From Candidatus Poribacteria bacterium (GTDB lineage: Bacteria > Poribacteria > WGA-4E > WGA-3G): a DNA stretch of 64,000 nt. Positions 51,201 to 60,179 of this stretch are shown piece by piece. Within the stretch, counting starts at the first letter, position 1. Every line of letters starts with the position of its first letter. The notes below the pieces were generated by a model. The model was not told the origin of the DNA. It saw nothing but the letters and a program-made list of their open reading frames with translations, and searched no databases. The stretch lies in NCBI GenBank assembly GCA_964291315.2, contig OZ219750.1, positions 32,001 through 96,000 of the forward strand. Reading direction: 5' to 3'. A program made the translations under genes and the position numbers.

Positions 51201-51342
51201 GCTTCGCGCAAGTATCGAGCAAGAAGGCGAACGGATTGCTAACGGCACCCTCGTGCGTTGCCTTGTGCTGGTCGTATGCTTGCAGTGTGGCGTAATAGTC
51301 GCGGATCGGCTTGTGGGTAGGTTTGAGTTTGAGTTGTGACAT
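48214..51342 (-). CDS. Single-chain R-M enzyme (nuclease-MTase-Type ISP C-terminal TRD), no helicase
   Basis: N-terminal ID...WEAKD, VYTPQPIVDF, DPFVGTG, GNPPY, and C-terminal YRPF...RSALEWVIDQY. Confidence 0.85.
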   Translation of the reverse strand: MSQLKLKPTHKPIRDYYATLQAYDQHKATHEGAVSNPFAFLLDTCAKQVEATLIPQYQMHAPNGNRIVIDGAILDEYSLPIAYWEAKDIDDDLPKAVEEKRAAGYPLDNILFQNPQRAILYQNGQVALDSDIRNAAGLISALECLFAYVPPALENWQSVVNDFKEHVPALAGKLKELIDEQHTADTAFQAAFASFYETCRTAINPELSHGEVEEMLIQHILTERIFRTVFNNSDFTRRNIIAREIENVVDKLIHRAFSRDVFLAPLDRFYSAIEQAALFCKDFSQKQHFLNTFYEQFFQGFSEDTADTHGIVYTPQPIVDFMVNSVQHILKTEFDRSLSDSGVHIIDPFVGTGNFIVRLMQALDPISLERKYTATPPELHCNEVMLLPYYIASLNIEQEYFRRTGAYLPFEGIVLADTFELLEQEQGELFTRENTERVLQQKSADMFVVIGNPPYNAGQKNENDNNKNRKHPLMDARVAETYVTDSAAQNRNKLYDPYVKAIRWASDRIGAEGIVALVTNNSFLDRIAFDGMRKHLAQDFTKIYHINMKGDARTSGERRRKEGGNVFEDQIRVGVGISFFIKKAGLPAAPAEVWLYAVEDYMKSREKQDLLVEFSDYTNVPLKQAVLDARHTWLTEGLRPEFETFVPMGTKAVKSKKSTDGATIFNLYSCGVSTSRDSLVYASDLTVLQERVRTFIEIYNTAVDRKRRHDPNAPVERFIDTTDPRIKWSRQTKKLLKKLELSIYEDSHFRNALYRPFCQKYLYFDDFWNEERYQQYVIFPTLETEAENQVICVSCPGTNSSFRTLIVDAIPDIHITGDTQCFPFYTYDEDGANRRENITDWALAHFRSHYKDDTISKWDIFHYTYGLLHHPDYRERYEANLKRDLPHIPFAADFWAFATAGAQLADLHVNYESQPEYEDLKLIQNPEVPLNWRVEKMKLSKDKTQLIYNEFLTLEGIPAEAFAYRLGTRSALEWVIDQYCVKTHSRSGLVTDPNCADAPRYIVDLVARVITISLKTVEIVKSLPELSLNSGTPVPLQGKNNG

Positions 51343-51461
51343 ACGCATATAATAGCAGGTCTCGGAATAGAACGCAACAGGAAAATCAGGGCTCTCACAC
51401 AACCTAAATGAAGATGCACAGGAAACCACCAGCCTATTCTACAAGACAACGAAGAGGTGCA

Positions 51462-51518
51462 AACTGACAGGTTAGGCTACAAGGGTAGAAGATGCCCGGA
51501 CTGACAGCCTATGCTACC
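51462..51518. repeat. REP-like dispersed repeat (two copies)
   Basis: ACTGACAGGTTAGGCTAC and ACTGACAGCCTATGCTAC; also ACTGACAGTCTATGCTAC at 45901. Confidence 0.65.
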
Positions 51519-51586
51519 AGCTCGGAGTTGGTGCGCCAGTGCATACCAGGGTGTAGCACCTCTCGAAAGATTAAAGAGATAAGTTC

Positions 51587-52918
51587 TTAGTAGCGCGCCC
51601 ACTGCCATAGCTGTCTTAAGGTGGGGCGTTTGCCATACATGAGAATTCCTATTCGATAGATTTTTCCGCTCATGAGCATGACAAGCACGACAGTGAGGCA
51701 CACCGCTGAGATGTTGAGTAGAATTTCCCATAAAGGTGGCATCAGCACATTGATGCGCATGAACATAAGGATCGGGGAGAAAAAAGGGACATGTGAGAGC
51801 AGTACACTGAGTGTAGAATCTGGGATTCTAAACAATTGGAACATCAGTATAAATGGTACAACGATGAGCATCGCGAGGGGTGCTCCTGTCTGCTGTGCTT
51901 CTTCCTCGCTGCCACAAATCGCGCCGACGACGGCATAGAGCGTGGAGTACATAAAGAAACCGATAATGAAATAGACAAAGAAGTAGGCGAGTACCTCGGT
52001 GCTACTTGCTTTAACGGTATCAATTACTTGGAGGATCTGCGCCGGTAGATTCTCAACGCCAAAGAGGTGCAACAGTGGGTTTATATTCATGATTAACACG
52101 ACTCCGAAGAGCACCCAGATAGCAAACATCGTCAAACAGACGGAACAGACCCCGACGAGTTTGCCAAGTAGGAGTTGATACGGTTTTATAGATGAAACGA
52201 TCACCTCCACAATTCGGGTTGTTTTTTCCTCTAGGACGCTCCGCATAATGGAGTTTGCATAGATGATGACGGACATATAAAGCACGAAAACTAGGAGGTA
52301 TCCGAGTCCGATCCGCGCTCCTGTCTCTATAGGGCTTTCGACTTCTGTGCCGCCTGTGTCTCCTTTGCTGCTTTTAACAGCGTAAGCGTTGAATGTGACG
52401 GAGCGCATGAGTTGTCTGAGTTCTCGTTGGGAGTAACCGCTATCTGCAAATCGCTTGTTGCGGACGCTATCGGAAATAATGTGATGGATTGCTCTTTGCA
52501 TCTCGAAATTCGTTACTGTTCTGGCGTAGAAACGGACCTCGGCGTTTTCAAAAACATCTTTTGGGATTACAAGATAGGCGTAAAGTTGCTTTGTGTTGAC
52601 GCGTTCTCTGAGTCTATCCTCTGATTCCGCCGTAGCCTCAGGCTCCTCAATGAGTTGATAGACGAGTTTGCCCTTATGCTGAAAGGTGGGATGCTGGGCG
52701 ACGGCTGCTTGCATCTGTGCGAAGATTTGACGCGTCTCGTCAATTACTGCAAGTTTCCTGATCTCTGTGGTTTTACTTTCCATGACTGCGAGTAGGCTTG
52801 ATACCAACGCTAGGGTGCACATCAAAACTGGCATGAGAAATAGAGCGATAATAAACCCTTTAGATTTAACGCGCGTCATGTATTCACGTTTGATGACGGT
52901 GACAATTTTATTCGGCAT
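51587..52918 (-). CDS. ABC-2 type exporter permease (NatB-like)
   Basis: KREYMTRVKSKGF, EEKTTRIVEV and GILMYGK motifs. Confidence 0.9.
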   Translation of the reverse strand: MPNKIVTVIKREYMTRVKSKGFIIALFLMPVLMCTLALVSSLLAVMESKTTEIRKLAVIDETRQIFAQMQAAVAQHPTFQHKGKLVYQLIEEPEATAESEDRLRERVNTKQLYAYLVIPKDVFENAEVRFYARTVTNFEMQRAIHHIISDSVRNKRFADSGYSQRELRQLMRSVTFNAYAVKSSKGDTGGTEVESPIETGARIGLGYLLVFVLYMSVIIYANSIMRSVLEEKTTRIVEVIVSSIKPYQLLLGKLVGVCSVCLTMFAIWVLFGVVLIMNINPLLHLFGVENLPAQILQVIDTVKASSTEVLAYFFVYFIIGFFMYSTLYAVVGAICGSEEEAQQTGAPLAMLIVVPFILMFQLFRIPDSTLSVLLSHVPFFSPILMFMRINVLMPPLWEILLNISAVCLTVVLVMLMSGKIYRIGILMYGKRPTLRQLWQWARY

Positions 52919-53831
52919 CTTGAGTTTTTCCTCCTTGTGCTTCAACACTTCGGACGAAAATTTCGTGTAATGTTGGTTCTACTAATTCGAACCGTGTTAT
53001 ATTGACCCGTTTTTCAATTAGTTCTTGAAGCAGGGGGCGGTAGTCTTCCGGATCCTTCAATTTGAGCTCGGCGTATTGCCCGAAATCGTTGAGTCCGTGA
53101 ATCCAGTTGGAGTTGTGCATGGGTTCAAGGCTACCTATGTATTCAATCTCGACAGAATTTTTGCCGAAGGTGCGTTTCACAGTGCGAAGTTCATCTTCAA
53201 TCAATACCTTGCCTTGATGAATGAGGCAGATACGGTCGCATAGTTTTTCTACCTGCTCCATGACGTGGGTTGAGAAGATAATTGTACTGCCGTCTTCACG
53301 TAGTTCAAGCATCAAATCTTTGAGGAGCGTCATGTTAATCGGGTCTAGCCCTGAAAACGGTTCATCAAGAATGATGAGATCGGGTTTATGAATGACGGTA
53401 GTGATGAATTGGATTTTTTGAGCCATGCCCTTGGAGAGTTCATCAACCCGTTTATTTTCCCACTCCGAGAGTTGCATTTTGGTCAGCCATTTTTCGATGT
53501 CGCGGAGGGCCTGCTTTCTGTGTACCCCTTTCAGTTCAGCGATAAAAAGAATAACATCCCGCACCTTCATTTTGCGGTACAGGCCGCGTTCCTCAGGAAG
53601 GTACCCAATCCGATCCAAGAAATCTCGAACGTGGAGATTCCCGTTGAAGATAATAGTCCCGGTATCTGGGGCGATAATATCCATTATCATTCGAAGTGTT
53701 GTTGTTTTTCCTGCACCGTTGGGTCCTAGAAGCCCGTATATACTTCCTTTCTGAATACTGAAGGAGATATCTGAAACGGCTGTGAAGTCGCCGAATTTCT
53801 TGTGGACATTTTCGATTTGGAGGAGTTGCAT
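52908..53831 (-). CDS. ABC transporter ATP-binding protein (NatA-like)
   Basis: GPNGAGKT, LSKGM and DEPFSGLDP motifs. Confidence 0.93.
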   Translation of the reverse strand: MQLLQIENVHKKFGDFTAVSDISFSIQKGSIYGLLGPNGAGKTTTLRMIMDIIAPDTGTIIFNGNLHVRDFLDRIGYLPEERGLYRKMKVRDVILFIAELKGVHRKQALRDIEKWLTKMQLSEWENKRVDELSKGMAQKIQFITTVIHKPDLIILDEPFSGLDPINMTLLKDLMLELREDGSTIIFSTHVMEQVEKLCDRICLIHQGKVLIEDELRTVKRTFGKNSVEIEYIGSLEPMHNSNWIHGLNDFGQYAELKLKDPEDYRPLLQELIEKRVNITRFELVEPTLHEIFVRSVEAQGGKTQDAE

Positions 53832-53987
53832 CTTTTTGGCTCCGAAATTTCATAGAGGCGTTGGGTTTCAGACTCGTTCGATCCAAGCGACGCAGCAAAC
53901 TAGAGAAGGGGCTATATCTGAATTTCTAAGTGATAGTATAACGTATTTACAATCTCCGGGGCAACCTATAGAGAATGCCAAACGGGT

Positions 53988-55166
53988 TTAGTCAATAATC
54001 GCCTGATACGTTAACACACGAAATTGGGCGTGGAATGGCGAGTCGCCGATCAGTTGTGTCATCAGCAGGCCGATCAGCTTTTCGACGGGATCAATCCAGA
54101 ATATAGTGCTTGCGAGGCCTCCCCAATTGTAGGTTCCTAAGGAGCCGAGGCTGTTTGTTTCAGCGACATTCGTGACAACGGCGAATCCGAGTCCAAAACC
54201 GCATCCTGTTCTTTCGAGAGGTTGCCAATCTTGGGAAATGTGATTCATTCGGATTAGTTCGACGGTTTTTCTTCCAAGGATTCGCTCGCCGTCGAGTTCG
54301 CCATCGTTAAGCAACATCTGGCAGAACCGGAGATAATCAGCAGCTGTTGATTGGAGTCCAGCGCCGCCGGAGTGGAAAAAACTCAGAGAGCTGCTTGAAA
54401 CAGGGGCTTTTTCAATGACCTGAATGCCCCCGCAGTCTGCTGGTTCGTATAAAGTCATGTATCTATGAGCCTTTTCGTGCGGCACTGAGAAGGCGGTATC
54501 GTTCATCTGTAATGGATTTAAAATACGGGTCTTCAAAAATTCTTCAAACGGCATTCCTGATACAACTTCCACGAGGTGACCGAGTACGTCGGTAGACATC
54601 CCATAGTTCCAAGCGCTCCCCGGGTGACAAAAAAGCGGTATCTGTCCGAGTTCTTGCGCCATGTATGCAAGGTTTCCGCCGTAGAAATTAGCGTTTCGGT
54701 ATCGCTGATGAATGGGATGGTCTCCATCTCCGTCGTAAATAAGCCCGGAGGTGTGTGTGAGCAGGTGCTTTATTGTGATTTCGGTTTCTGCGTCAACGAT
54801 ATCGGTCCCGTTTTCCGTGTAAACCTGCATCTCTTTAAAAGTAGGAATAAATTCGGAGACGGGTGTGGTGAGTTGAAAATGTCCTTTTTCGTAGAGCATC
54901 ATCACAGCGATGCTGGTAATCGGTTTCGTCATTGAGTAAATTCGGAAGATAGTATCAAACTCTATCGGTTTGGTGGCAGCGATATCCTGCATGCCGAATT
55001 TTTCAAAATGGACGAGTCTACCTTCACGGGCTATCATTGTGAGTGCGCCGGGAATTTTTCCGTCGTCAACCCAACGTTGCATGACGGGTGCAATACGCCC
55101 GAGTCGTGCTGTTGAGATGCCGACATTTTCAGGGACTGCTCTCGGTAGTCCTTCATATGATGTCAT
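53988..55166 (-). CDS. Serine hydrolase, beta-lactamase class C family (copy 3)
   Basis: SMTK, LLTHTSG, WNYG and WGG motifs; RBS before ATG 55166. Confidence 0.9.
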   Translation of the reverse strand: MTSYEGLPRAVPENVGISTARLGRIAPVMQRWVDDGKIPGALTMIAREGRLVHFEKFGMQDIAATKPIEFDTIFRIYSMTKPITSIAVMMLYEKGHFQLTTPVSEFIPTFKEMQVYTENGTDIVDAETEITIKHLLTHTSGLIYDGDGDHPIHQRYRNANFYGGNLAYMAQELGQIPLFCHPGSAWNYGMSTDVLGHLVEVVSGMPFEEFLKTRILNPLQMNDTAFSVPHEKAHRYMTLYEPADCGGIQVIEKAPVSSSSLSFFHSGGAGLQSTAADYLRFCQMLLNDGELDGERILGRKTVELIRMNHISQDWQPLERTGCGFGLGFAVVTNVAETNSLGSLGTYNWGGLASTIFWIDPVEKLIGLLMTQLIGDSPFHAQFRVLTYQAIID

Positions 55167-55299
55167 TAGGAACTCCTTTTTCTGGCTGTTGGTTCTCGGC
55201 ACTCCGTAAGAGGTTTATGGCGGCAGCGCTTGTGATATCCACTAAGTCTTGCTGTACGCTAAGAGTAGAGTGCAGCTGATGGCTATTCTGCCGATGCAT

Positions 55300-56484
55300 T
55301 TATTCTGTAAGTGCTTGATAGGTTAAAGTCCGAAATTGGGCATGGAATGGACAGTCTGCATTCACCAATTGCGTCATGAGAATAGCAATTAATTCCTCCA
55401 TAGGGTCGATCCAAAACGTGGTGCTTGCCATGCCGCTCCAGCTACAAGTTCCTATAGAACCGAGGCTGTATGTGTCAGCGACATCAGTGATAACGGAAAA
55501 CCCAAGCCCGAAGCCGGTCCCTGTTCTTTCAGGGGCTAACCACTCGGGTGGAACGTGACTCATCTTGATAAGTTCGGTGGTTTTTTTGCCGAGGAGTCGC
55601 GTACCGTCGAGTTCTCCGTTGTTGAGTACCGTTTGACAAAAACGGAGGTAATCGGCGGCGGTAGATTGTAGCCCTCCGCCTCCGGAATGGAAAAAGCTCA
55701 GGGGGCCGGTTGCAGCGTGGACCTTCTCAATTTGCTTAAGACGGCTGCCCTTTCCATATTGATATATCTTTGAATATCGATCTGCATTTTCAACCCGCAC
55801 GGAAAAACCGGTGTCGTGCATGCCCAATGGGTCAAAAATACGGGTTTTCAAAAACGTCTCAAACGGCATCCCAGATACGACCTGTACAAGGTAGCCGAGT
55901 ACGTCGGTAGACATACCGTACTTCCATGCGCTGCCGGGCTGGTGAATGAGAGGAATGCCGCCAAGTTTTTCTATCATGTTCGCGAGGTCACCGCCATAGA
56001 GATCCGCATCTTCATATTGCTGATCGATGGGGTGGTCATCTGTATCACTGCTATAGATAAGTCCGGTGGTATGCGTCAATAGGTGTTTTATTGTCACCTC
56101 GCGTTCTGCATCGACAATATCCGTTCCGTTTTTTGTATAAACCTTCATATCTTTGAAGGCTGGAACGAATTCGGAAACGGGTGTGGTGAGTTGAAAGTGG
56201 CCTTCTTCATAGAGCATCATCACGGCGATGCTGGTAATTGGTTTCGTCATCGAGTAGAGGCGAAAGATGGTGTCAAATTCTATCGATTTGGCGGCGGCGA
56301 TATCCTGCATGCCGAATTTTTCAAAATGGACGAGTTTGCCTGCACGGGCGATCATCGTCAATGCGCATGGGATTTTTCCATTATCAACATAGCCTTGCAT
56401 GATGGGTGCAATACGTTCCAGTCGTGTTGCTGACATGCCTACATCTTCGGGGACTGCTCGCGGTAGTCCTTCATATATTGCCAT
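55300..56484 (-). CDS. Serine hydrolase, beta-lactamase class C family (copy 2)
   Basis: SMTK, WKYG and WSG motifs. Confidence 0.9.
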   Translation of the reverse strand: MAIYEGLPRAVPEDVGMSATRLERIAPIMQGYVDNGKIPCALTMIARAGKLVHFEKFGMQDIAAAKSIEFDTIFRLYSMTKPITSIAVMMLYEEGHFQLTTPVSEFVPAFKDMKVYTKNGTDIVDAEREVTIKHLLTHTTGLIYSSDTDDHPIDQQYEDADLYGGDLANMIEKLGGIPLIHQPGSAWKYGMSTDVLGYLVQVVSGMPFETFLKTRIFDPLGMHDTGFSVRVENADRYSKIYQYGKGSRLKQIEKVHAATGPLSFFHSGGGGLQSTAADYLRFCQTVLNNGELDGTRLLGKKTTELIKMSHVPPEWLAPERTGTGFGLGFSVITDVADTYSLGSIGTCSWSGMASTTFWIDPMEELIAILMTQLVNADCPFHAQFRTLTYQALTE

Positions 56485-56613
56485 TGGAGGCTCCTTTTTA
56501 TCGGTTTTCAGTGTCCTCTAAGAGTTCTGAGTGGTCGGTAGTTTGCAATATCTACGTCCCGTTTTCTGTTCGTTAAGTGTAAGCCTCGATTGACTGCTGG
56601 AAGTCGATAACGA

Positions 56614-57843
56614 CTATTCAATCAATGCCTGATAAGTTAGCTCTTTAAACTGTTGCTGGAAAGGGTAAGGATTGTTGTGAATTTGGGTCATCAGCAGCCC
56701 GATCAATTCGTTTTGGGGATCAATCCAGAAGAGGGTAGCAGCGGCACCGCCCCAACTGAAACTCCCCACGGACTCGGGCGTGTCTTTCTCAGTTTCGTCA
56801 GTTTTGTCATTTGTCTTGTGGGTATCAGTAACGATGGAGAAACCGAGTCCGAACCAGTTGTCGTGATGCGGATACCGCATGAGCTCGACGGTTTCTTCGG
56901 TTAATATCCTGACCCCGTCGAGTTCGCCTCCGTTGAGCAGCATTTGAGAAAAGCGCATAAAATCTGCGGCGGTTGAGACAAGTCCTCCGCCGCCGGAGGG
57001 GAAGTAAGTGAACGTGCCGTCTGCGTCTGCTTTCTGTTCGATTAGTTTGAGTCCTTGCTCTTTTGTAGCACGATATAGAGCTGCAAACCTATTTCGCTTT
57101 TCTGATGGTACCGAGAATGCGGTGTCTACCATGCCGAGGGGTTGAAAAATACGTGTTTGAAGAAATTTCTCGAACGGCATTCCGGATACCACTTCTACAA
57201 GGTAGCCGAGTACATCCGTGGAGACTCCGTATGTCCATTTTTCGCCGGGTTCGTGAACGAGGGGGATGTTGCTGAGTGTTTTTGCCATATCCGCCAAGGT
57301 TGCATGGGCTTCAGACGTTTTCAGCGCCTTATAGCGTTCATCAACCGGTTTATTGCCCCAGCCGTAAGTAAATCCGGCGGTGTGCATGAGGAGGTGCTGG
57401 ATGCTTATCTTTTTTTTAGCATCAAAGATTTCTGTTTGTTCTTTATTATAGACCTTCATGTTTTCAAATTCGGGGAGGAATTTGGAAATCGGTGTGTTAA
57501 GCTGAAAGTGGCCTTCTTCATAGAGCATCATCACGGCGACACTGGTAATCGGTTTTGACATGGAATAGATGCGGAAGATGGTGTCTGCTGCGATGGGCTT
57601 ATTATTTTCGATATCTTGCATGCCGAGGGTTTCAAAATGGGCAATTTTTCCGCGTCTGGCTATGACTGTCAGAAACCCGGGTAGATTTTCCTTGTCAACG
57701 TATTCTTGCATGACAGGTCGGATGCGTTCGAGGCGTTCGGTAGAAAAGCCAATCTGTTCGGGGGGTGCCAGGGGAAGTCCTTGTCCAGATGCGAGTGTCG
57801 TGACAAGGCAAAGTAGTAAGGGTAGGTACAATATTTTTTTCAA
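56614..57843 (-). CDS. Exported serine hydrolase, beta-lactamase class C family (copy 1)
   Basis: Signal peptide; SMSK, WTYG and WGG motifs. Confidence 0.9.
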   Translation of the reverse strand: MKKILYLPLLLCLVTTLASGQGLPLAPPEQIGFSTERLERIRPVMQEYVDKENLPGFLTVIARRGKIAHFETLGMQDIENNKPIAADTIFRIYSMSKPITSVAVMMLYEEGHFQLNTPISKFLPEFENMKVYNKEQTEIFDAKKKISIQHLLMHTAGFTYGWGNKPVDERYKALKTSEAHATLADMAKTLSNIPLVHEPGEKWTYGVSTDVLGYLVEVVSGMPFEKFLQTRIFQPLGMVDTAFSVPSEKRNRFAALYRATKEQGLKLIEQKADADGTFTYFPSGGGGLVSTAADFMRFSQMLLNGGELDGVRILTEETVELMRYPHHDNWFGLGFSIVTDTHKTNDKTDETEKDTPESVGSFSWGGAAATLFWIDPQNELIGLLMTQIHNNPYPFQQQFKELTYQALIE

Positions 57844-57945
57844 TCTGTGCTCCTTTTTGTGCGCCGCGAGTCAGTCAATTGGTCCTGGTTAGGACTGCTG
57901 GCAGTCGAATTCACGTTGTTGTAATCGGTTATGTCCCTTTAAAAA

Positions 57946-58761
57946 CTATGGAGTCTGTTTAAGGTATCCCCAGTGCGTCGTGAGTTTGCTGCCGGGTTCG
58001 ACGCTGAGAATGGCAGCCAGACCGGTGTCCATAGCCTCCTGGATTTCGGCCTCGGTTCGTGCGGTATTCGAGATGCGTATCTCTTCAATAATGCCTTTCA
58101 AACCGTTTGGGTTATCGAGATTTGGCACGCCGATTGTGATAGGATCTTGGCTCTGAAAGGTTTGGTCATTGGGTGCCTCGGTTTCCAGTTCTCCATCAAC
58201 ATAGACGCGTCCGATCTTACCGTCATAAGTGAAAGCGAGATGATGCCACTTGTTGTCGGTGATCTCGGTTGTACCAGCGATAGAGAATCCGCATGCTGCA
58301 TTGGCTCCGATTTCTGCATGCATCACGCTTGTATCAAGATGGACCCAGATGCCGTAGTTACGGTTGGTGCAGCCTGCCTGCTGTTTGCAAATTATTCCTT
58401 GCCATTTGCCTGTTGCTTCTTCAATCTTTACCCACGTTTCAATGCTGATCTCTTCTATCTCCAATTTTTTGGTAGAGTCCACGACGATGTAGCCGTCGGT
58501 GTCGCCGGGGAACTCTAGGCCCGTCCCAAATTTTCCTTTAACCCACTTAGGATTTCCTGCAAATTCGCCATCATGGCCGTTGCCGGAGGCATCTTTCACC
58601 ACCTTTCCGGCTCCTTCTTCGAAAAGCCAGACGGCCACAGTGTGTTTATCAACTGCTGCCTCTGTGTGTATACCGGTGTGAATAAGGGTGACAACCGTAA
58701 TCGCAATTAAGAGATGCAAGAGGTTATAGAAAGATTTTGTATCGGTGATATAGAGCGTCAT
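57946..58761 (-). CDS. Secreted LamG/concanavalin-like domain protein
   Basis: WLFEEG..DASGNG, WHHLAFTYDG, C-terminal VEPGSKLTTHWGYLK. Confidence 0.88.
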   Translation of the reverse strand: MTLYITDTKSFYNLLHLLIAITVVTLIHTGIHTEAAVDKHTVAVWLFEEGAGKVVKDASGNGHDGEFAGNPKWVKGKFGTGLEFPGDTDGYIVVDSTKKLEIEEISIETWVKIEEATGKWQGIICKQQAGCTNRNYGIWVHLDTSVMHAEIGANAACGFSIAGTTEITDNKWHHLAFTYDGKIGRVYVDGELETEAPNDQTFQSQDPITIGVPNLDNPNGLKGIIEEIRISNTARTEAEIQEAMDTGLAAILSVEPGSKLTTHWGYLKQTP

Positions 58762-58921
58762 TTTATCCAGTTTCCCCTCCTCTATTTTCTGCTCTATTCT
58801 ATCAGAAAACGATTTTTAAAGTCAAATGTTTTGGCAGAATTATCGGTCTGTAGCGTGGTAGGTGTCTTCTACTGTGCTTTGGGGTGGATCGAGTCAAACG
58901 AGAGGATCGAGGGCAGTTGTG

Positions 58922-59488
58922 CTATATCTGTTTGCGTTTGTTAAATTGGTTCATGGCTGTTAGGATGTCGGTTGTGACAAAGGTTTCGATAGCGTCGACG
59001 GCTCGATGGATAGTCGATTGGATTTCTATTGCCTCGGTTTCCGAAAATTCTGTGAGGACGTAATCTGTCAAATCACCAATGGGTTCACCAATACCGATGC
59101 GTAGGCGTGGGAACTGGTTTGTTCCTAAGTGATGGATGATAGACTTCATCCCTTTCTGGCCGCCGTGGCTGCCCTTCTGGCGTATCCGGAGTCGCCCAAT
59201 CTCTAGATGAATATCATCGTAGATAACACAGAGTTGTGAGAGAGGCACCCCAAATTGCTCGACGAGGGCGGCAACGGCGATACCACTCTTGTTCATATAG
59301 GTCATCGGTTTTGCGAGAATAATTGGTGTGTCGCGCCATGTTGTTTGCAAAACGATCGATTTACAAAGCGATGCTTGTCGATTAGATTGCATCTCTCCAT
59401 GGAGTGCATCGATGACGCGAAAACCGACGTTGTGTTTGGTGTGCTGGTAGCGCAGCCCGGGATTACCGAGCCCGACGATGAGTTTCAT
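58922..59488 (-). CDS. pth: Peptidyl-tRNA hydrolase
   Basis: LIVGLGNPG, TKHNVGF, KPMTYMN and RLRIGIG motifs. Confidence 0.96.
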   Translation of the reverse strand: MKLIVGLGNPGLRYQHTKHNVGFRVIDALHGEMQSNRQASLCKSIVLQTTWRDTPIILAKPMTYMNKSGIAVAALVEQFGVPLSQLCVIYDDIHLEIGRLRIRQKGSHGGQKGMKSIIHHLGTNQFPRLRIGIGEPIGDLTDYVLTEFSETEAIEIQSTIHRAVDAIETFVTTDILTAMNQFNKRKQI

Positions 59489-59535
59489 TTTTATGTGTGG
59501 CTGTTTGCGAGTTGATAACCGATTTGTCGCAAACC

Positions 59536-60171
59536 TCAATCGAAAATATGTAGTGGACGTGAAAGGTTAAGATGCCCCGCAAGGGTCTTGACTTGGTTGC
59601 CATCAATTAGAATTTGAACTTCCTTAATGTCGTTTGGGAATGCATCGAAGACGGTCTTAAGGATCGCCATAACGGTTAACTTCTCGGCGGTGGTGCCCCC
59701 GATATGCCCGTCAGCGAGCTGTCTTGAGAAATCCAAGTAGGCGGTCTGGTGGCTGTCAATGTAGGCTTCGTTGAGGCGTGTGCTGCGTGGAATAGGGTTT
59801 CTGAAATTAGGAGGTGTTTCTTGTATTAGCGCCTTGATCACTTGGTTCAGGCGTTCGGTGGTTTCGACGACAAGCCGTCTTTCGACTTTAACGGGAACAA
59901 GCGTGCTTGCAGTTGGGGGGATAAGGAACAGATTGAGTTGCTGAGGGGGTGGCATCGTGTTCGAAGGATTCGCAGCGACAGGTAACGGAGGTGGTGCAAC
60001 CGAGATTGCGGTCTGTTTCGATTGTTCAATCAGATATAGTGTCAAGGCGAGACAGACAAAGACAACAAAAAAGGTTATTCCCCAAATGACGAAGATTCTC
60101 GAAAAGCCGGCATTGCTGTTATATTTCACTGCTTTGTCCGTGTTATAGCTTATCGGTTTGTCGTAGCTCAA
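59536..60171 (-). CDS. GerMN domain membrane protein
   Basis: N-terminal TM, AYLDFS, VQILIDG..TLAGH. Confidence 0.85.
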   Translation of the reverse strand: MSYDKPISYNTDKAVKYNSNAGFSRIFVIWGITFFVVFVCLALTLYLIEQSKQTAISVAPPPLPVAANPSNTMPPPQQLNLFLIPPTASTLVPVKVERRLVVETTERLNQVIKALIQETPPNFRNPIPRSTRLNEAYIDSHQTAYLDFSRQLADGHIGGTTAEKLTVMAILKTVFDAFPNDIKEVQILIDGNQVKTLAGHLNLSRPLHIFD

Positions 60172-60179
60172 TAGGTATT

